DNA of 64,000 nucleotides from Escherichia coli (GTDB lineage Bacteria; Pseudomonadota; Gammaproteobacteria; Enterobacterales; Enterobacteriaceae): NCBI RefSeq assembly GCF_017348835.2, contig NZ_CP071375.1; one strand, 5' to 3'. Shown piece by piece: positions 9,532 to 21,483 of this stretch (position 1 is its first letter; each line of letters starts with the position of its first letter). The notes under the pieces were generated by a model. It saw only the letters and a program-made list of their open reading frames with translations, ran no database searches and was not told where the DNA came from. The position numbers and the translations under genes were made by a program.

Positions 9532-11942
9532 TTGCACGCTGGTTCTGGCGCGAATGGCGTTCGCCGTCGCTATTAATTGTCTGGCTGGCGCTAAGCCTGG
9601 CGGTGGCCTGCGTGCTGGCGCTGGGCAATATCAGCGATCGCATGGAGAAGGGCTTAAGCCAGCAAAGCCGTGAGTTTATGGCGGGCGATCGGGCGTTGCG
9701 CAGTTCGCGCGAGGTGCCGCAAGCGTGGCTGGAGGAAGCGCAAAAGCGCGGCCTGAAAGTCGGCAAGCAGCTGACTTTCGCCACGATGACATTTGCAGGC
9801 GACACACCGCAGCTGGCGAATGTCAAAGCGGTGGATGATATCTACCCGATGTATGGCGATCTGCAAACCAATCCCCCCGGCCTGAAACCACAGACGGGCA
9901 GCGTATTGCTGGCCCCACGCCTGATGGCACTGCTTAACCTGAAAACAGGCGACACCATCGACGTGGGTGATGCCACTTTGCGGATTGCCGGAGAAGTGAT
10001 TCAGGAACCGGATTCCGGTTTTAACCCCTTCCAGATGGCTCCGCGTCTGATGATGAATCTGGCGGATGTCGATAAAACCGGAGCCGTGCAGCCGGGGAGT
10101 CGGGTCACCTGGCGCTATAAATTCGGCGGCAGCGAGAACCAGCTCGACAGCTATGAGAAATGGTTGTTACCTCAGCTTAAACCCGAACAACGCTGGTACG
10201 GTCTGGAACAGGACGAAGGCGCGCTGGGGCGATCGATGGAACGCTCGCAACAGTTCCTGCTGCTTTCGGCGCTTCTGACCTTGCTGCTGGCAGTGGCAGC
10301 AGTGGCGGTAGCGATGAATCATTACTGTCGCAGTCGCTACGATCTGGTGGCGATCCTCAAAACGCTGGGGGCAGGGCGAGCGCAACTGCGTAAGCTAATC
10401 GTCGGTCAGTGGTTGATGGTGCTGACGCTTTCAGCCGTTACCGGCGGGGCGATAGGCCTGTTGTTCGAAAACGTGTTGATGGTGCTGCTCAAGCCCGTTC
10501 TGCCTGCTGCACTACCGCCAGCCAGCCTCTGGCCGTGGCTATGGGCGCTGGGCACCATGACGGTCATCTCGCTGCTGGTGGGGCTACGACCATACCGCTT
10601 GTTGCTGGCAACGCAGCCTTTACGCGTATTACGTAATGATGTGGTAGCGAACGTCTGGCCGCTGAAGTTTTATCTGCCGATTGTCAGTGTGGTGGTTGTG
10701 CTGCTGCTCGCCGGATTAATGGGGGGCAGTATGCTGCTCTGGGCGGTGCTGGCGGGCGCGGTAGTACTGGCTTTGCTATGCGGTGTGCTGGGCTGGATGC
10801 TGCTGAATGTACTTCGCCGCATGACGCTGAAATCGCTGCCTCTGCGCCTGGCGGTTAGCCGCCTGTTACGTCAGCCGTGGTCAACGTTAAGCCAGCTTTC
10901 GGCATTTTCGCTCTCCTTTATGCTGCTGGCACTGCTGCTGGTGTTGCGTGGCGATCTGCTCGACCGCTGGCAGCAGCAGCTACCTCCAGAAAGCCCGAAC
11001 TACTTTTTAATTAACATCGCCACAGAACAGGTAGCACCGCTAAAAGCGTTCCTCGCGGAACATCAGATAGTCCCGGAATCGTTTTATCCGGTGGTGCGGG
11101 CGAGACTGACGGCGATTAACGGCAAGCCGACAGAAGGCAATGAAGATGAGGCGCTCAATCGCGAACTCAATCTTACCTGGCAAAATACGCGGCCCGATCA
11201 TAATCCGATTGTCGCCGGTAACTGGCCGCCAAAAGCCGATGAAGTGTCGATGGAAGAGGGGCTGGCGAAACGCTTAAACGTTGCCCTCGGTGATACCGTG
11301 ACTTTTATGGGCGATACCCAGGAGTTCCGCGCTAAAGTGACCAGCCTGCGCAAAGTGGACTGGGAAAGTCTGCGGCCTAATTTCTATTTTATTTTCCCTG
11401 AAGGGGCATTAGACGGGCAACCGCAGAGCTGGCTTACCAGTTTCCGCTGGGAGAATGGCAACGGCATGTTGACGAAACTCAACCGCCAGTTCCCTACCAT
11501 TAGCCTGTTAGACATTGGCGCGATTTTAAAACAGGTCGGTCAGGTGCTGGAGCAGGTAAGTCGGGCGCTGGAGGTGATGGTGGTGCTGGTCACCGCCTGC
11601 GGTATGTTGCTGTTGCTGGCACAGGTGCAGGTGGGAATGCGTCAGCGTCATCAGGAGCTGGTGGTGTGGCGCACACTCGGTGCGGGGAAAAAACTGCTGC
11701 GTACCACGTTGTGGTGTGAGTTCGCCATGCTTGGGTTTGTTTCCGGCCTGGTGGCCGCAATTGGTGCGGAAACGGCACTGGCAGTGTTGCAGGCGAAAGT
11801 GTTTGATTTTCCGTGGGAGCCAGACTGGCGATTGTGGATTGTTCTGCCGTGCAGCGGTGCGCTGCTGCTGTCGCTTTTCGGCGGCTGGCTGGGTGCGCGA
11901 CTGGTTAAGGGTAAGGCGCTGTTCAGGCAGTTTGCGGGGTGA
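9528..11942 (+). CDS. ybbP: FtsX/MacB-type ABC transporter permease YbbP
   Basis: 804 aa. Two FtsX-like TM bundles with large periplasmic loops. 4-nt overlap with ybbA. Confidence 0.93.
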   Translation: MIARWFWREWRSPSLLIVWLALSLAVACVLALGNISDRMEKGLSQQSREFMAGDRALRSSREVPQAWLEEAQKRGLKVGKQLTFATMTFAGDTPQLANVKAVDDIYPMYGDLQTNPPGLKPQTGSVLLAPRLMALLNLKTGDTIDVGDATLRIAGEVIQEPDSGFNPFQMAPRLMMNLADVDKTGAVQPGSRVTWRYKFGGSENQLDSYEKWLLPQLKPEQRWYGLEQDEGALGRSMERSQQFLLLSALLTLLLAVAAVAVAMNHYCRSRYDLVAILKTLGAGRAQLRKLIVGQWLMVLTLSAVTGGAIGLLFENVLMVLLKPVLPAALPPASLWPWLWALGTMTVISLLVGLRPYRLLLATQPLRVLRNDVVANVWPLKFYLPIVSVVVVLLLAGLMGGSMLLWAVLAGAVVLALLCGVLGWMLLNVLRRMTLKSLPLRLAVSRLLRQPWSTLSQLSAFSLSFMLLALLLVLRGDLLDRWQQQLPPESPNYFLINIATEQVAPLKAFLAEHQIVPESFYPVVRARLTAINGKPTEGNEDEALNRELNLTWQNTRPDHNPIVAGNWPPKADEVSMEEGLAKRLNVALGDTVTFMGDTQEFRAKVTSLRKVDWESLRPNFYFIFPEGALDGQPQSWLTSFRWENGNGMLTKLNRQFPTISLLDIGAILKQVGQVLEQVSRALEVMVVLVTACGMLLLLAQVQVGMRQRHQELVVWRTLGAGKKLLRTTLWCEFAMLGFVSGLVAAIGAETALAVLQAKVFDFPWEPDWRLWIVLPCSGALLLSLFGGWLGARLVKGKALFRQFAG

Positions 11943-11956
11943 TGACAGGTGTTAGA

Positions 11957-12057
11957 TTGCCTGATGCGCTACGCTTATCAGGCCTACGAAGAGCGTGCAA
12001 TATATTGATTTTGCAAGATTGTGTAGGCCAGATAAGGCGTTTACGCCGCATCCGGCA
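11957..12057. repeat. REP/BIME pair
   Basis: ttgcctgatgcgctacgcttatcaggcctacg and tgtaggccagataaggcgtttacgccgcatccggca, in inverted orientation. Confidence 0.85.
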
Positions 12058-12159
12058 TGAACAGTGTGCATTTTGGCAATAAATCTGAAACCAACTGTCA
12101 TGTCGGTTTTTTTAAAGGCCGAAGGTGGTAAACCTTCGGCCTTAGCTACGTTTCCTCAG

Positions 12160-12243
12160 TTATTCAATAAACTGACGGATCAGTTCCAGCAGCGCGATTA
12201 GCGCCTTAAGAACGATGAGAACTTTATCGAGAAAAGTTTTCAT
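12160..12243 (-). CDS. candidate type I toxin: 27-aa DinQ/TisB-like hydrophobic peptide (below the ORF-track cutoff)
   Basis: Hand translation gives ATG at 12243 to TAA at 12162-12160: MKTFLDKVLIVLKALIALLELIRQFIE. The AAGGGAG SD lies 6 nt upstream, inside the perfect palindrome CTCCCTTAAGGGAG (12250-12263). A GC hairpin (12117-12141) follows 19 nt after the stop. ALIALLELIR matches my recollection of DinQ. Confidence 0.5.
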   Translation of the reverse strand: MKTFLDKVLIVLKALIALLELIRQFIE

Positions 12244-12374
12244 CCGTTGCTCCCTTAAGGGAGAAAGACAATCACAGCTTACCCTTACGTTGCCTGTAAC
12301 TATGATTTTCTTCATGTGCTAGATGAGGAATGTTTCATTTCTGCCCGGAACCACCAAGTCTTGGGCGGAAAAAA

Positions 12375-12406
12375 TAAAAAAACCGACTGTCATGTCGGTT
12401 TTTTTA
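12375..12406. terminator. bidirectional rho-independent terminator (mnmH 3' end; possible sRNA terminator on +)
   Basis: accgac-tgtcat-gtcggt hairpin flanked by an A7 run upstream and a T7 run downstream. A degenerate copy lies at 12092-12113. Confidence 0.7.
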
Positions 12407-12468
12407 TATCTGTATTCTGGTGCAACCATTCTGTTCTCACGACAATCGCCGTTTCAGAATACCGCCCA

Positions 12469-13578
<1,110 letters not shown>

Positions 13579-13631
13579 TCAAATCAGCTTGCGCACTATT
13601 TTACGCGCCAACGCGCAAGGAAACTTGATTT

Positions 13632-14558
13632 TTAACTGCGTGGGTTGCCGAAAATTTCTAAAAATCCGCTGATTTCCGGCCTGCGTTGGGTAAACAAGGT
13701 CACAATATCTTCTACCGCTTTGCCGCTGCCAAATTTGCGCCATGCCAGACTCAATGGCGAAGGAGGGCGCATCGTTGGGATTACCCGGCTGACCAGTTGT
13801 TGATTATCGATCATTGACTGGCAAAGCGATTTTGGCAAAAAACCAATGCCAACGCCCGCCAGATGGGCGGCGATTTTCGTTTCCATATCGGGAACAATAA
13901 TCTCTTTTTGACCCGGCAATCGCCAGGCGACGCGTTTGGTTAAGGTGCGGGCGCTGTCTTCAATATTGACCGCCGGAAAGCGCCGCAACTGCGCTTCTGT
14001 TAGCGGCTCTTCAACATTCGCCAGCGGATGATCCGCCGCCATGACAAATCGCCATTGCACCGATCCTAAGGGATCAAGACTAAAGGTATTTGCCAGCGCC
14101 TCAGTTCCCGTGACGCCGATAGCCAGCGAAAAACCTTCGTACAATAGCGAGTCCCAGACGCCCATATAGATTTGTCGGGAGATGTGAAACTGGGTAAAGG
14201 GGTAACGTTCATTCAGCCACGCCAGCAACTGGGCGACGGCCTGGGGGTTGTAGAGCAGGTTGTTGATGACAATATTCACCTGGCGTTCCACGCCATCATT
14301 CACCTGTTGCAGCTCGCTTGGCATACTTTCCAGCCAGCTCAGCCAGTCTCTGGCCTGGGAAAGTAGATGCTCGCCAGCCGCTGTCAACGTCACGCTGCGA
14401 GTCGTACGGAAAAACAGCGCTACTCCGGTATTCTCTTCCAGAAGTTTAATGCGATAACTGATCGTCGCCGTGGTTTTACATAATCGTTCTGCCGCTTTTG
14501 AAAAACTTCCTGTTTCAGCAACCGCAATGAAAGTCCGCAAGGTTTCTGGATCGAACAT
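13632..14558 (-). CDS. allS: LysR-family activator of allD operon AllS
   Basis: 308 aa. LysR HTH ([17 protein letters not shown]). Synteny with allA/allR. Confidence 0.92.
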
Positions 14559-14665
14559 CTTCAGGTATCCCCTTTTAAATCAGCAAGTTGCGTGATTTTC
14601 TTATCCTCTGATTTATCAGTATTTTTACATGATAACCCTGTTCAATTTGTGGACTAAATCTAGTT

Positions 14666-14682
14666 TTGGAAAAATATTCCAA
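14666..14682. promoter_or_regulatory. AllR operator-like inverted repeat in allS-allA intergenic region
   Basis: TTGGAAAAATATTCCAA, a perfect TTGGAA/TTCCAA inverted repeat. A near-identical site lies upstream of gcl. Assignment to AllR is from memory of the regulon. Confidence 0.65.
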
Positions 14683-14787
14683 CTTTTGTGTTGATGTTGT
14701 TCTCTTAAGGTTTTAGATTGCCTGTTATTGAAACCAAGCTGACCGGTCGGCGCTGGTTGAACGGAATTATGTTACAAGGACAAAAAG

Positions 14788-15270
14788 ATGAAACTTCAGG
14801 TATTACCGTTAAGTCAGGAAGCCTTTAGTGCTTATGGCGACGTAATCGAAACGCAGCAACGGGATTTTTTCCATATTAACAATGGCCTGGTGGAGCGTTA
14901 CCACGATTTGGCGCTGGTTGAGATTCTTGAGCAAGACCGTACGCTTATCAGCATTAACCGCGCGCAACCGGCGAATCTGCCGCTGACCATTCACGAACTC
15001 GAACGTCATCCGCTGGGTACTCAGGCCTTTATCCCGATGAAAGGTGAGGTGTTTGTGGTGGTCGTGGCGTTAGGTGACGACAAACCAGACCTGTCAACGC
15101 TGCGGGCGTTTATCACCAACGGCGAACAGGGAGTGAATTACCATCGTAACGTCTGGCATCACCCACTTTTCGCCTGGCAGCGCGTCACCGATTTTCTGAC
15201 CATCGATCGCGGCGGCAGTGACAACTGTGATGTTGAAAGTATTCCTGAACAGGAACTCTGTTTTGCGTGA
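14788..15270 (+). CDS. allA: ureidoglycolate lyase AllA
   Basis: 160 aa. Matches remembered K-12 AllA and synteny. Confidence 0.93.
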
Positions 15271-15347
15271 CGCCTGCAACCGACTTGCATAAGATAAACT
15301 AATTGTTCATTGTTTATGCTCACTTGTAGGTCGGAGTTAACGTAGGT

Positions 15348-16163
15348 ATGACGGAAGTTAGACGGCGCGGCAGGCCAGGACAGGCGGAGCCTGTGGCACA
15401 GAAGGGCGCACAGGCATTAGAGCGGGGAATTGCGATTCTGCAATATCTGGAAAAAAGTGGGGGAAGTTCGTCGGTTAGCGATATTTCTCTCAATCTGGAT
15501 TTGCCGCTCTCCACGACCTTTCGCTTGCTGAAGGTTTTACAGGCAGCGGATTTTGTCTATCAGGACAGTCAGTTAGGCTGGTGGCATATAGGATTAGGTG
15601 TCTTTAACGTCGGTGCGGCGTACATCCATAACCGCGATGTCCTCTCCGTCGCCGGGCCGTTTATGCGCCGCCTGATGTTACTTTCCGGCGAAACGGTCAA
15701 TGTCGCGATCCGTAACGGCAATGAAGCGGTATTAATTGGTCAGTTAGAGTGTAAATCGATGGTCAGGATGTGCGCGCCACTGGGCAGTCGTCTGCCACTG
15801 CATGCTTCCGGTGCGGGCAAAGCGCTGCTTTATCCGCTGGCGGAAGAGGAGTTGATGAGCATCATTCTGCAAACCGGTTTGCAGCAGTTTACGCCAACTA
15901 CGCTTGTGGATATGCCCACCCTGCTGAAGGACCTGGAACAAGCGCGTGAACTGGGCTATACCGTAGATAAAGAAGAGCATGTTGTAGGCCTGAATTGCAT
16001 AGCTTCAGCAATTTATGACGATGTAGGTAGTGTTGTTGCCGCTATCTCCATCTCCGGGCCTTCATCAAGACTGACAGAAGACCGTTTTGTCAGTCAGGGT
16101 GAGCTGGTCAGAGACACCGCCCGCGATATCAGCACGGCGTTGGGACTGAAAGCACATCCATAA
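15348..16163 (+). CDS. allR: IclR-family repressor of allantoin regulon AllR
   Basis: 271 aa. IclR N-terminal wHTH and C-terminal effector domain. Confidence 0.93.
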
Positions 16164-16215
16164 TGTCTGTCGCATCCCGCTCTGCGGAGCGGGTTTTTGT
16201 GACAAAATTTGAAAG

Positions 16216-16232
16216 TTGGAAAATTTTTCCAA
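16216..16232. promoter_or_regulatory. AllR operator-like inverted repeat upstream of gcl
   Basis: TTGGAAAATTTTTCCAA, 21 nt upstream of the gcl ATG. Confidence 0.65.
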
Positions 16233-16252
16233 TAAATAGAGGTAGGAATAAA

Positions 16253-18034
16253 ATGGCAAAAATGAGAGCCGTTGACGCGGCAATGTATGTGCTGGAGAAA
16301 GAAGGTATCACCACCGCCTTCGGTGTTCCGGGAGCTGCAATCAATCCGTTCTACTCAGCGATGCGTAAGCACGGCGGTATTCGTCACATTCTGGCGCGTC
16401 ATGTGGAAGGTGCTTCGCACATGGCGGAAGGTTATACCCGCGCAACGGCAGGGAATATCGGCGTATGTCTGGGGACTTCCGGTCCTGCGGGCACGGACAT
16501 GATCACCGCGCTCTATTCCGCTTCTGCTGATTCCATTCCTATTCTGTGCATTACCGGCCAGGCTCCGCGCGCCCGTCTGCATAAAGAAGATTTTCAGGCC
16601 GTAGATATTGAAGCAATTGCTAAACCGGTCAGCAAAATGGCGGTTACAGTACGTGAAGCGGCGCTGGTGCCTCGCGTGCTGCAACAGGCATTTCACCTGA
16701 TGCGTTCTGGTCGTCCGGGTCCGGTACTGGTGGATTTACCGTTCGACGTTCAGGTTGCGGAAATCGAGTTTGATCCTGACATGTACGAACCGCTGCCGGT
16801 CTACAAACCTGCTGCCAGCCGTACGCAGATCGAAAAAGCTGTAGAAATGTTAATCCAGGCCGAACGTCCGGTGATTGTTGCCGGGGGCGGGGTAATCAAT
16901 GCTGACGCAGCTGCACTGTTACAACAGTTTGCTGAACTGACCAGCGTTCCGGTGATCCCAACACTGATGGGCTGGGGCTGTATCCCGGACGATCATGAAC
17001 TGATGGCCGGGATGGTGGGTCTGCAAACCGCGCATCGTTACGGTAACGCAACGTTGCTGGCGTCCGACATGGTGTTTGGTATCGGTAACCGTTTTGCTAA
17101 CCGTCATACCGGTTCGGTAGAGAAATACACCGAAGGGCGCAAAATCGTTCATATCGATATTGAGCCGACGCAAATTGGTCGCGTGCTGTGTCCGGATCTC
17201 GGCATTGTCTCTGATGCTAAAGCGGCGCTGACACTGCTGGTTGAAGTGGCGCAGGAGATGCAAAAAGCGGGTCGTCTGCCGTGTCGTAAAGAATGGGTCG
17301 CCGACTGCCAGCAGCGCAAACGCACTTTGCTGCGCAAAACCCACTTCGACAACGTGCCGGTGAAACCGCAGCGCGTGTATGAAGAGATGAACAAAGCCTT
17401 TGGTCGCGATGTTTGTTATGTCACCACCATTGGCCTGTCACAAATCGCTGCGGCACAAATGCTGCATGTCTTTAAAGACCGCCACTGGATCAACTGTGGT
17501 CAGGCTGGTCCGTTAGGCTGGACGATTCCGGCGGCGCTGGGGGTTTGTGCCGCTGATCCGAAACGCAATGTGGTGGCGATTTCCGGTGACTTCGACTTCC
17601 AGTTCCTGATTGAAGAGTTAGCCGTTGGCGCGCAGTTCAACATTCCGTACATCCATGTGCTGGTGAATAACGCCTATCTCGGCCTGATTCGTCAGTCACA
17701 ACGCGCCTTTGACATGGACTACTGCGTGCAACTCGCTTTCGAGAATATCAACTCCAGCGAAGTGAACGGTTACGGCGTCGACCACGTAAAAGTAGCGGAA
17801 GGTTTAGGTTGTAAAGCTATTCGCGTCTTCAAACCGGAAGATATTGCACCGGCCTTTGAACAGGCGAAAGCCTTAATGGCGCAATATCGGGTACCGGTAG
17901 TCGTGGAAGTTATTCTCGAGCGTGTGACAAATATTTCGATGGGCAGCGAACTGGATAACGTCATGGAATTTGAAGATATCGCCGATAACGCAGCGGATGC
18001 ACCGACTGAAACCTGCTTCATGCACTATGAATAA
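16253..18034 (+). CDS. gcl: glyoxylate carboligase (tartronate-semialdehyde synthase)
   Basis: Start at [18 protein letters not shown] gives 593 aa. ThDP-enzyme family (GDFDFQF ThDP motif region). Confidence 0.95.
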   Translation: MAKMRAVDAAMYVLEKEGITTAFGVPGAAINPFYSAMRKHGGIRHILARHVEGASHMAEGYTRATAGNIGVCLGTSGPAGTDMITALYSASADSIPILCITGQAPRARLHKEDFQAVDIEAIAKPVSKMAVTVREAALVPRVLQQAFHLMRSGRPGPVLVDLPFDVQVAEIEFDPDMYEPLPVYKPAASRTQIEKAVEMLIQAERPVIVAGGGVINADAAALLQQFAELTSVPVIPTLMGWGCIPDDHELMAGMVGLQTAHRYGNATLLASDMVFGIGNRFANRHTGSVEKYTEGRKIVHIDIEPTQIGRVLCPDLGIVSDAKAALTLLVEVAQEMQKAGRLPCRKEWVADCQQRKRTLLRKTHFDNVPVKPQRVYEEMNKAFGRDVCYVTTIGLSQIAAAQMLHVFKDRHWINCGQAGPLGWTIPAALGVCAADPKRNVVAISGDFDFQFLIEELAVGAQFNIPYIHVLVNNAYLGLIRQSQRAFDMDYCVQLAFENINSSEVNGYGVDHVKVAEGLGCKAIRVFKPEDIAPAFEQAKALMAQYRVPVVVEVILERVTNISMGSELDNVMEFEDIADNAADAPTETCFMHYE

Positions 18035-18046
18035 GGGAGATAAATA

Positions 18047-18823
18047 ATGTTACGTTTCTCTGCTAATTTATCGATGTTATTTGGTGAATATGATTTTCTC
18101 GCCCGTTTTGAGAAAGCTGCGCAGTGTGGTTTTCGCGGCGTTGAATTTATGTTTCCTTATGACTACGACATTGAAGAATTAAAACAGGTGCTGGCGAGTA
18201 ATAAACTCGAACATACGCTGCACAATTTACCGGCGGGTGACTGGGCGGCGGGGGAGCGCGGTATTGCCTGTATTCCTGGCCGTGAAGAAGAGTTTCGGGA
18301 TGGCGTAGCAGCAGCGATTCGTTATGCCCGTGCGCTGGGTAATAAAAAAATTAACTGTCTGGTCGGTAAAACGCCGGCTGGTTTCAGCAGTGAACAGATT
18401 CACGCAACGCTTGTAGAAAACCTGCGTTATGCCGCGAATATGCTGATGAAAGAAGATATTTTATTACTGATTGAACCTATTAACCATTTTGATATTCCTG
18501 GTTTCCATCTCACCGGAACTCGGCAGGCGCTGAAATTGATTGATGATGTTGGTTGCTGCAATTTGAAAATTCAGTATGACATTTATCACATGCAGCGGAT
18601 GGAAGGTGAATTAACCAACACCATGACTCAGTGGGCCGATAAAATTGGTCACCTGCAAATTGCCGATAATCCGCATCGCGGCGAACCGGGGACCGGAGAA
18701 ATTAATTATGATTATCTCTTTAAGGTAATCGAAAATTCTGACTACAACGGTTGGGTTGGTTGTGAATATAAACCCCAAACCACCACGGAAGCCGGTTTAC
18801 GCTGGATGGATCCGTACCGTTAA
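18047..18823 (+). CDS. hyi: hydroxypyruvate isomerase
   Basis: 258 aa, TIM-barrel xylose-isomerase-like. Synteny. Confidence 0.93.
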   Translation: MLRFSANLSMLFGEYDFLARFEKAAQCGFRGVEFMFPYDYDIEELKQVLASNKLEHTLHNLPAGDWAAGERGIACIPGREEEFRDGVAAAIRYARALGNKKINCLVGKTPAGFSSEQIHATLVENLRYAANMLMKEDILLLIEPINHFDIPGFHLTGTRQALKLIDDVGCCNLKIQYDIYHMQRMEGELTNTMTQWADKIGHLQIADNPHRGEPGTGEINYDYLFKVIENSDYNGWVGCEYKPQTTTEAGLRWMDPYR

Positions 18824-18922
18824 AACGTAACGCTGTTCAGGCAATGCTTTTTTAGGCCGCTAAGTTGGCAGGGGATCGTGTTGTCTGAATTCAGGAAAAG
18901 CGAAATTTAAAAGAGGTTAATT

Positions 18923-19801
18923 ATGAAACTGGGATTTATTGGCTTAGGCATTATGGGTACACCGATGGCCATTAATCTGGCGCGTGCCGGTCATCAACTG
19001 CATGTCACAACCATTGGTCCGGTTGCTGATGAATTACTGTCACTGGGTGCCGTCAGTGTTGAAACTGCGCACCAGGTAACGGAAGCATCGGACATCATTT
19101 TTATTATGGTGCCGGATACACCACAGGTTGAAGAAGTTCTGTTCGGTGAAAATGGTTGTACCAAAGCCTCGCTGAAGGGCAAAACCATTGTTGATATGAG
19201 CTCCATTTCCCCGATTGAAACTAAACGTTTCGCTCGTCAGGTGAATGAACTGGGCGGTGATTATCTCGATGCGCCAGTCTCCGGCGGCGAAATCGGCGCG
19301 CGTGAAGGGACGTTGTCAATTATGGTTGGCGGTGACGAAGCGGTATTTGAACGTGTTAAACCGCTGTTTGAACTGCTCGGTAAAAATATCACCCTTGTGG
19401 GCGGTAACGGCGACGGTCAAACCTGCAAAGTGGCAAATCAGATTATTGTGGCGCTCAATATTGAAGCGGTCTCTGAAGCTCTGCTGTTTGCTTCAAAAGC
19501 CGGTGCAGACCCGGTACGTGTGCGCCAGGCGCTGATGGGCGGCTTTGCTTCCTCACGTATTCTGGAAGTTCACGGTGAGCGCATGATTAAACGCACCTTT
19601 AATCCAGGTTTCAAAATTGCGCTGCACCAGAAAGATCTCAACCTGGCACTGCAAAGTGCGAAGACACTGGCGCTGAATCTGCCAAACACCGCGACCTGCC
19701 AGGAGTTATTTAATACCTGTGCGGCAAACGGTGGCAGCCAGTTGGATCACTCTGCGTTAGTGCAGGCGCTGGAATTAATGGCTAACCATAAACTGGCCTG
19801 A
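18923..19801 (+). CDS. glxR: tartronate semialdehyde reductase 2
   Basis: 292 aa. GLGIMG NAD-binding motif, 3-hydroxyisobutyrate dehydrogenase family. Confidence 0.93.
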   Translation: MKLGFIGLGIMGTPMAINLARAGHQLHVTTIGPVADELLSLGAVSVETAHQVTEASDIIFIMVPDTPQVEEVLFGENGCTKASLKGKTIVDMSSISPIETKRFARQVNELGGDYLDAPVSGGEIGAREGTLSIMVGGDEAVFERVKPLFELLGKNITLVGGNGDGQTCKVANQIIVALNIEAVSEALLFASKAGADPVRVRQALMGGFASSRILEVHGERMIKRTFNPGFKIALHQKDLNLALQSAKTLALNLPNTATCQELFNTCAANGGSQLDHSALVQALELMANHKLA

Positions 19802-19969
19802 TACCCGCAATAAAAATGGCCGATATCAGAAAATGAATCGGCCAGCAATATTAAAAAAGAAAGCAGCCAAAGATGTTGCTTCAGTATTAAAAATAATATT
19901 TTTATTTTATTTGTTCCTCATGGCTAGATTAAAACAACGTTATTCGATACGTGAAATTAAGAGGGATTT

Positions 19970-21424
19970 ATGGAACATCAGAGAAAACTATTCCAGCAAC
20001 GCGGCTATAGCGAAGATCTATTGCCGAAAACGCAAAGCCAGCGGACCTGGAAAACATTTAACTATTTTACCTTATGGATGGGTTCGGTTCATAACGTTCC
20101 CAATTATGTGATGGTCGGCGGCTTTTTTATTCTCGGCTTGTCTACCTTTAGTATTATGCTGGCAATTATCCTCAGCGCCTTTTTCATTGCCGCGGTAATG
20201 GTATTAAACGGCGCTGCGGGCAGTAAATACGGCGTACCGTTTGCCATGATCCTGCGTGCTTCTTACGGCGTACGTGGCGCACTGTTTCCCGGATTATTAA
20301 GAGGCGGTATTGCTGCCATTATGTGGTTTGGCCTGCAATGTTACGCGGGGTCACTGGCCTGCTTGATTCTGATTGGCAAAATCTGGCCGGGATTTTTGAC
20401 TCTCGGTGGTGATTTCACTCTGTTAGGCCTTTCTCTACCGGGCTTAATTACTTTCTTACTCTTCTGGCTGGTCAACGTTGGTATAGGTTTTGGCGGTGGC
20501 AAAGTTTTAAATAAATTCACTGCCATTCTTAACCCGTGCATCTATATCGTTTTCGGCGGTATGGCGATTTGGGCGATTTCGCTGGTCGGGCTCGGTCCAA
20601 TCTTTGACTACATTCCGAGCGGTATTCAGAAAGCAGAAAACAGTGGATTCTTGTTCCTGGTGGTGATAAACGCGGTAGTTGCGGTCTGGGCGGCACCGGC
20701 GGTGAGCGCATCCGACTTTACGCAAAACGCCCACTCGTTTCGTGAGCAAGCGCTGGGGCAAACGCTGGGTTTAGTTGTGGCCTATATTCTGTTTGCGGTC
20801 GCCGGGGTATGTATTATTGCCGGAGCCAGTATTCACTACGGCGCTGACACCTGGAACGTGCTGGATATTGTTCAGCGTTGGGACAGCTTGTTCGCCTCGT
20901 TCTTTGCGGTACTGGTTATTCTGATGACGACTATCTCCACTAACGCCACCGGTAATATTATTCCGGCCGGTTATCAGATTGCTGCCATTGCACCGACAAA
21001 ACTGACCTATAAAAACGGCGTACTGATTGCCAGTATTATCAGCCTGCTGATCTGCCCGTGGAAATTAATGGAAAATCAGGACAGTATTTATCTGTTCCTC
21101 GATATCATCGGCGGAATGCTGGGTCCGGTAATTGGTGTCATGATGGCACATTATTTTGTGGTGATGCGTGGGCAAATTAATCTTGATGAACTGTACACCG
21201 CACCAGGCGATTATAAATATTACGATAACGGTTTTAACCTCACCGCGTTTTCAGTAACTCTGGTCGCCGTTATTTTATCTCTTGGCGGTAAGTTTATTCC
21301 CTTAATGGAACCGTTATCGCGTGTTTCATGGTTTGTTGGTGTCATCGTCGCCTTTGCGGCCTACGCCTTATTAAAGAAACGTACAACAGCAGAAAAAACA
21401 GGAGAGCAAAAAACCATAGGTTAA
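19970..21424 (+). CDS. ybbW: NCS1-family allantoin permease (YbbW/AllW)
   Basis: 484 aa with 12 predicted TM helices. Matches the remembered K-12 N-terminus MEHQRKLFQQRGYSEDLLPKT. Confidence 0.92.
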   Translation: MEHQRKLFQQRGYSEDLLPKTQSQRTWKTFNYFTLWMGSVHNVPNYVMVGGFFILGLSTFSIMLAIILSAFFIAAVMVLNGAAGSKYGVPFAMILRASYGVRGALFPGLLRGGIAAIMWFGLQCYAGSLACLILIGKIWPGFLTLGGDFTLLGLSLPGLITFLLFWLVNVGIGFGGGKVLNKFTAILNPCIYIVFGGMAIWAISLVGLGPIFDYIPSGIQKAENSGFLFLVVINAVVAVWAAPAVSASDFTQNAHSFREQALGQTLGLVVAYILFAVAGVCIIAGASIHYGADTWNVLDIVQRWDSLFASFFAVLVILMTTISTNATGNIIPAGYQIAAIAPTKLTYKNGVLIASIISLLICPWKLMENQDSIYLFLDIIGGMLGPVIGVMMAHYFVVMRGQINLDELYTAPGDYKYYDNGFNLTAFSVTLVAVILSLGGKFIPLMEPLSRVSWFVGVIVAFAAYALLKKRTTAEKTGEQKTIG

Positions 21425-21483
21425 TTAATCCCGATATTGAACATTGAGTTAAAAACCAATCTGTATTTTACAAGGAGTTTGTT

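Noticed and set aside
19833-20111. 92-aa ORF upstream of and overlapping ybbW.
   Set aside because: It overlaps the well-supported ybbW start, lies in an AT-rich leader region, and is K/I/L-rich with no SD.
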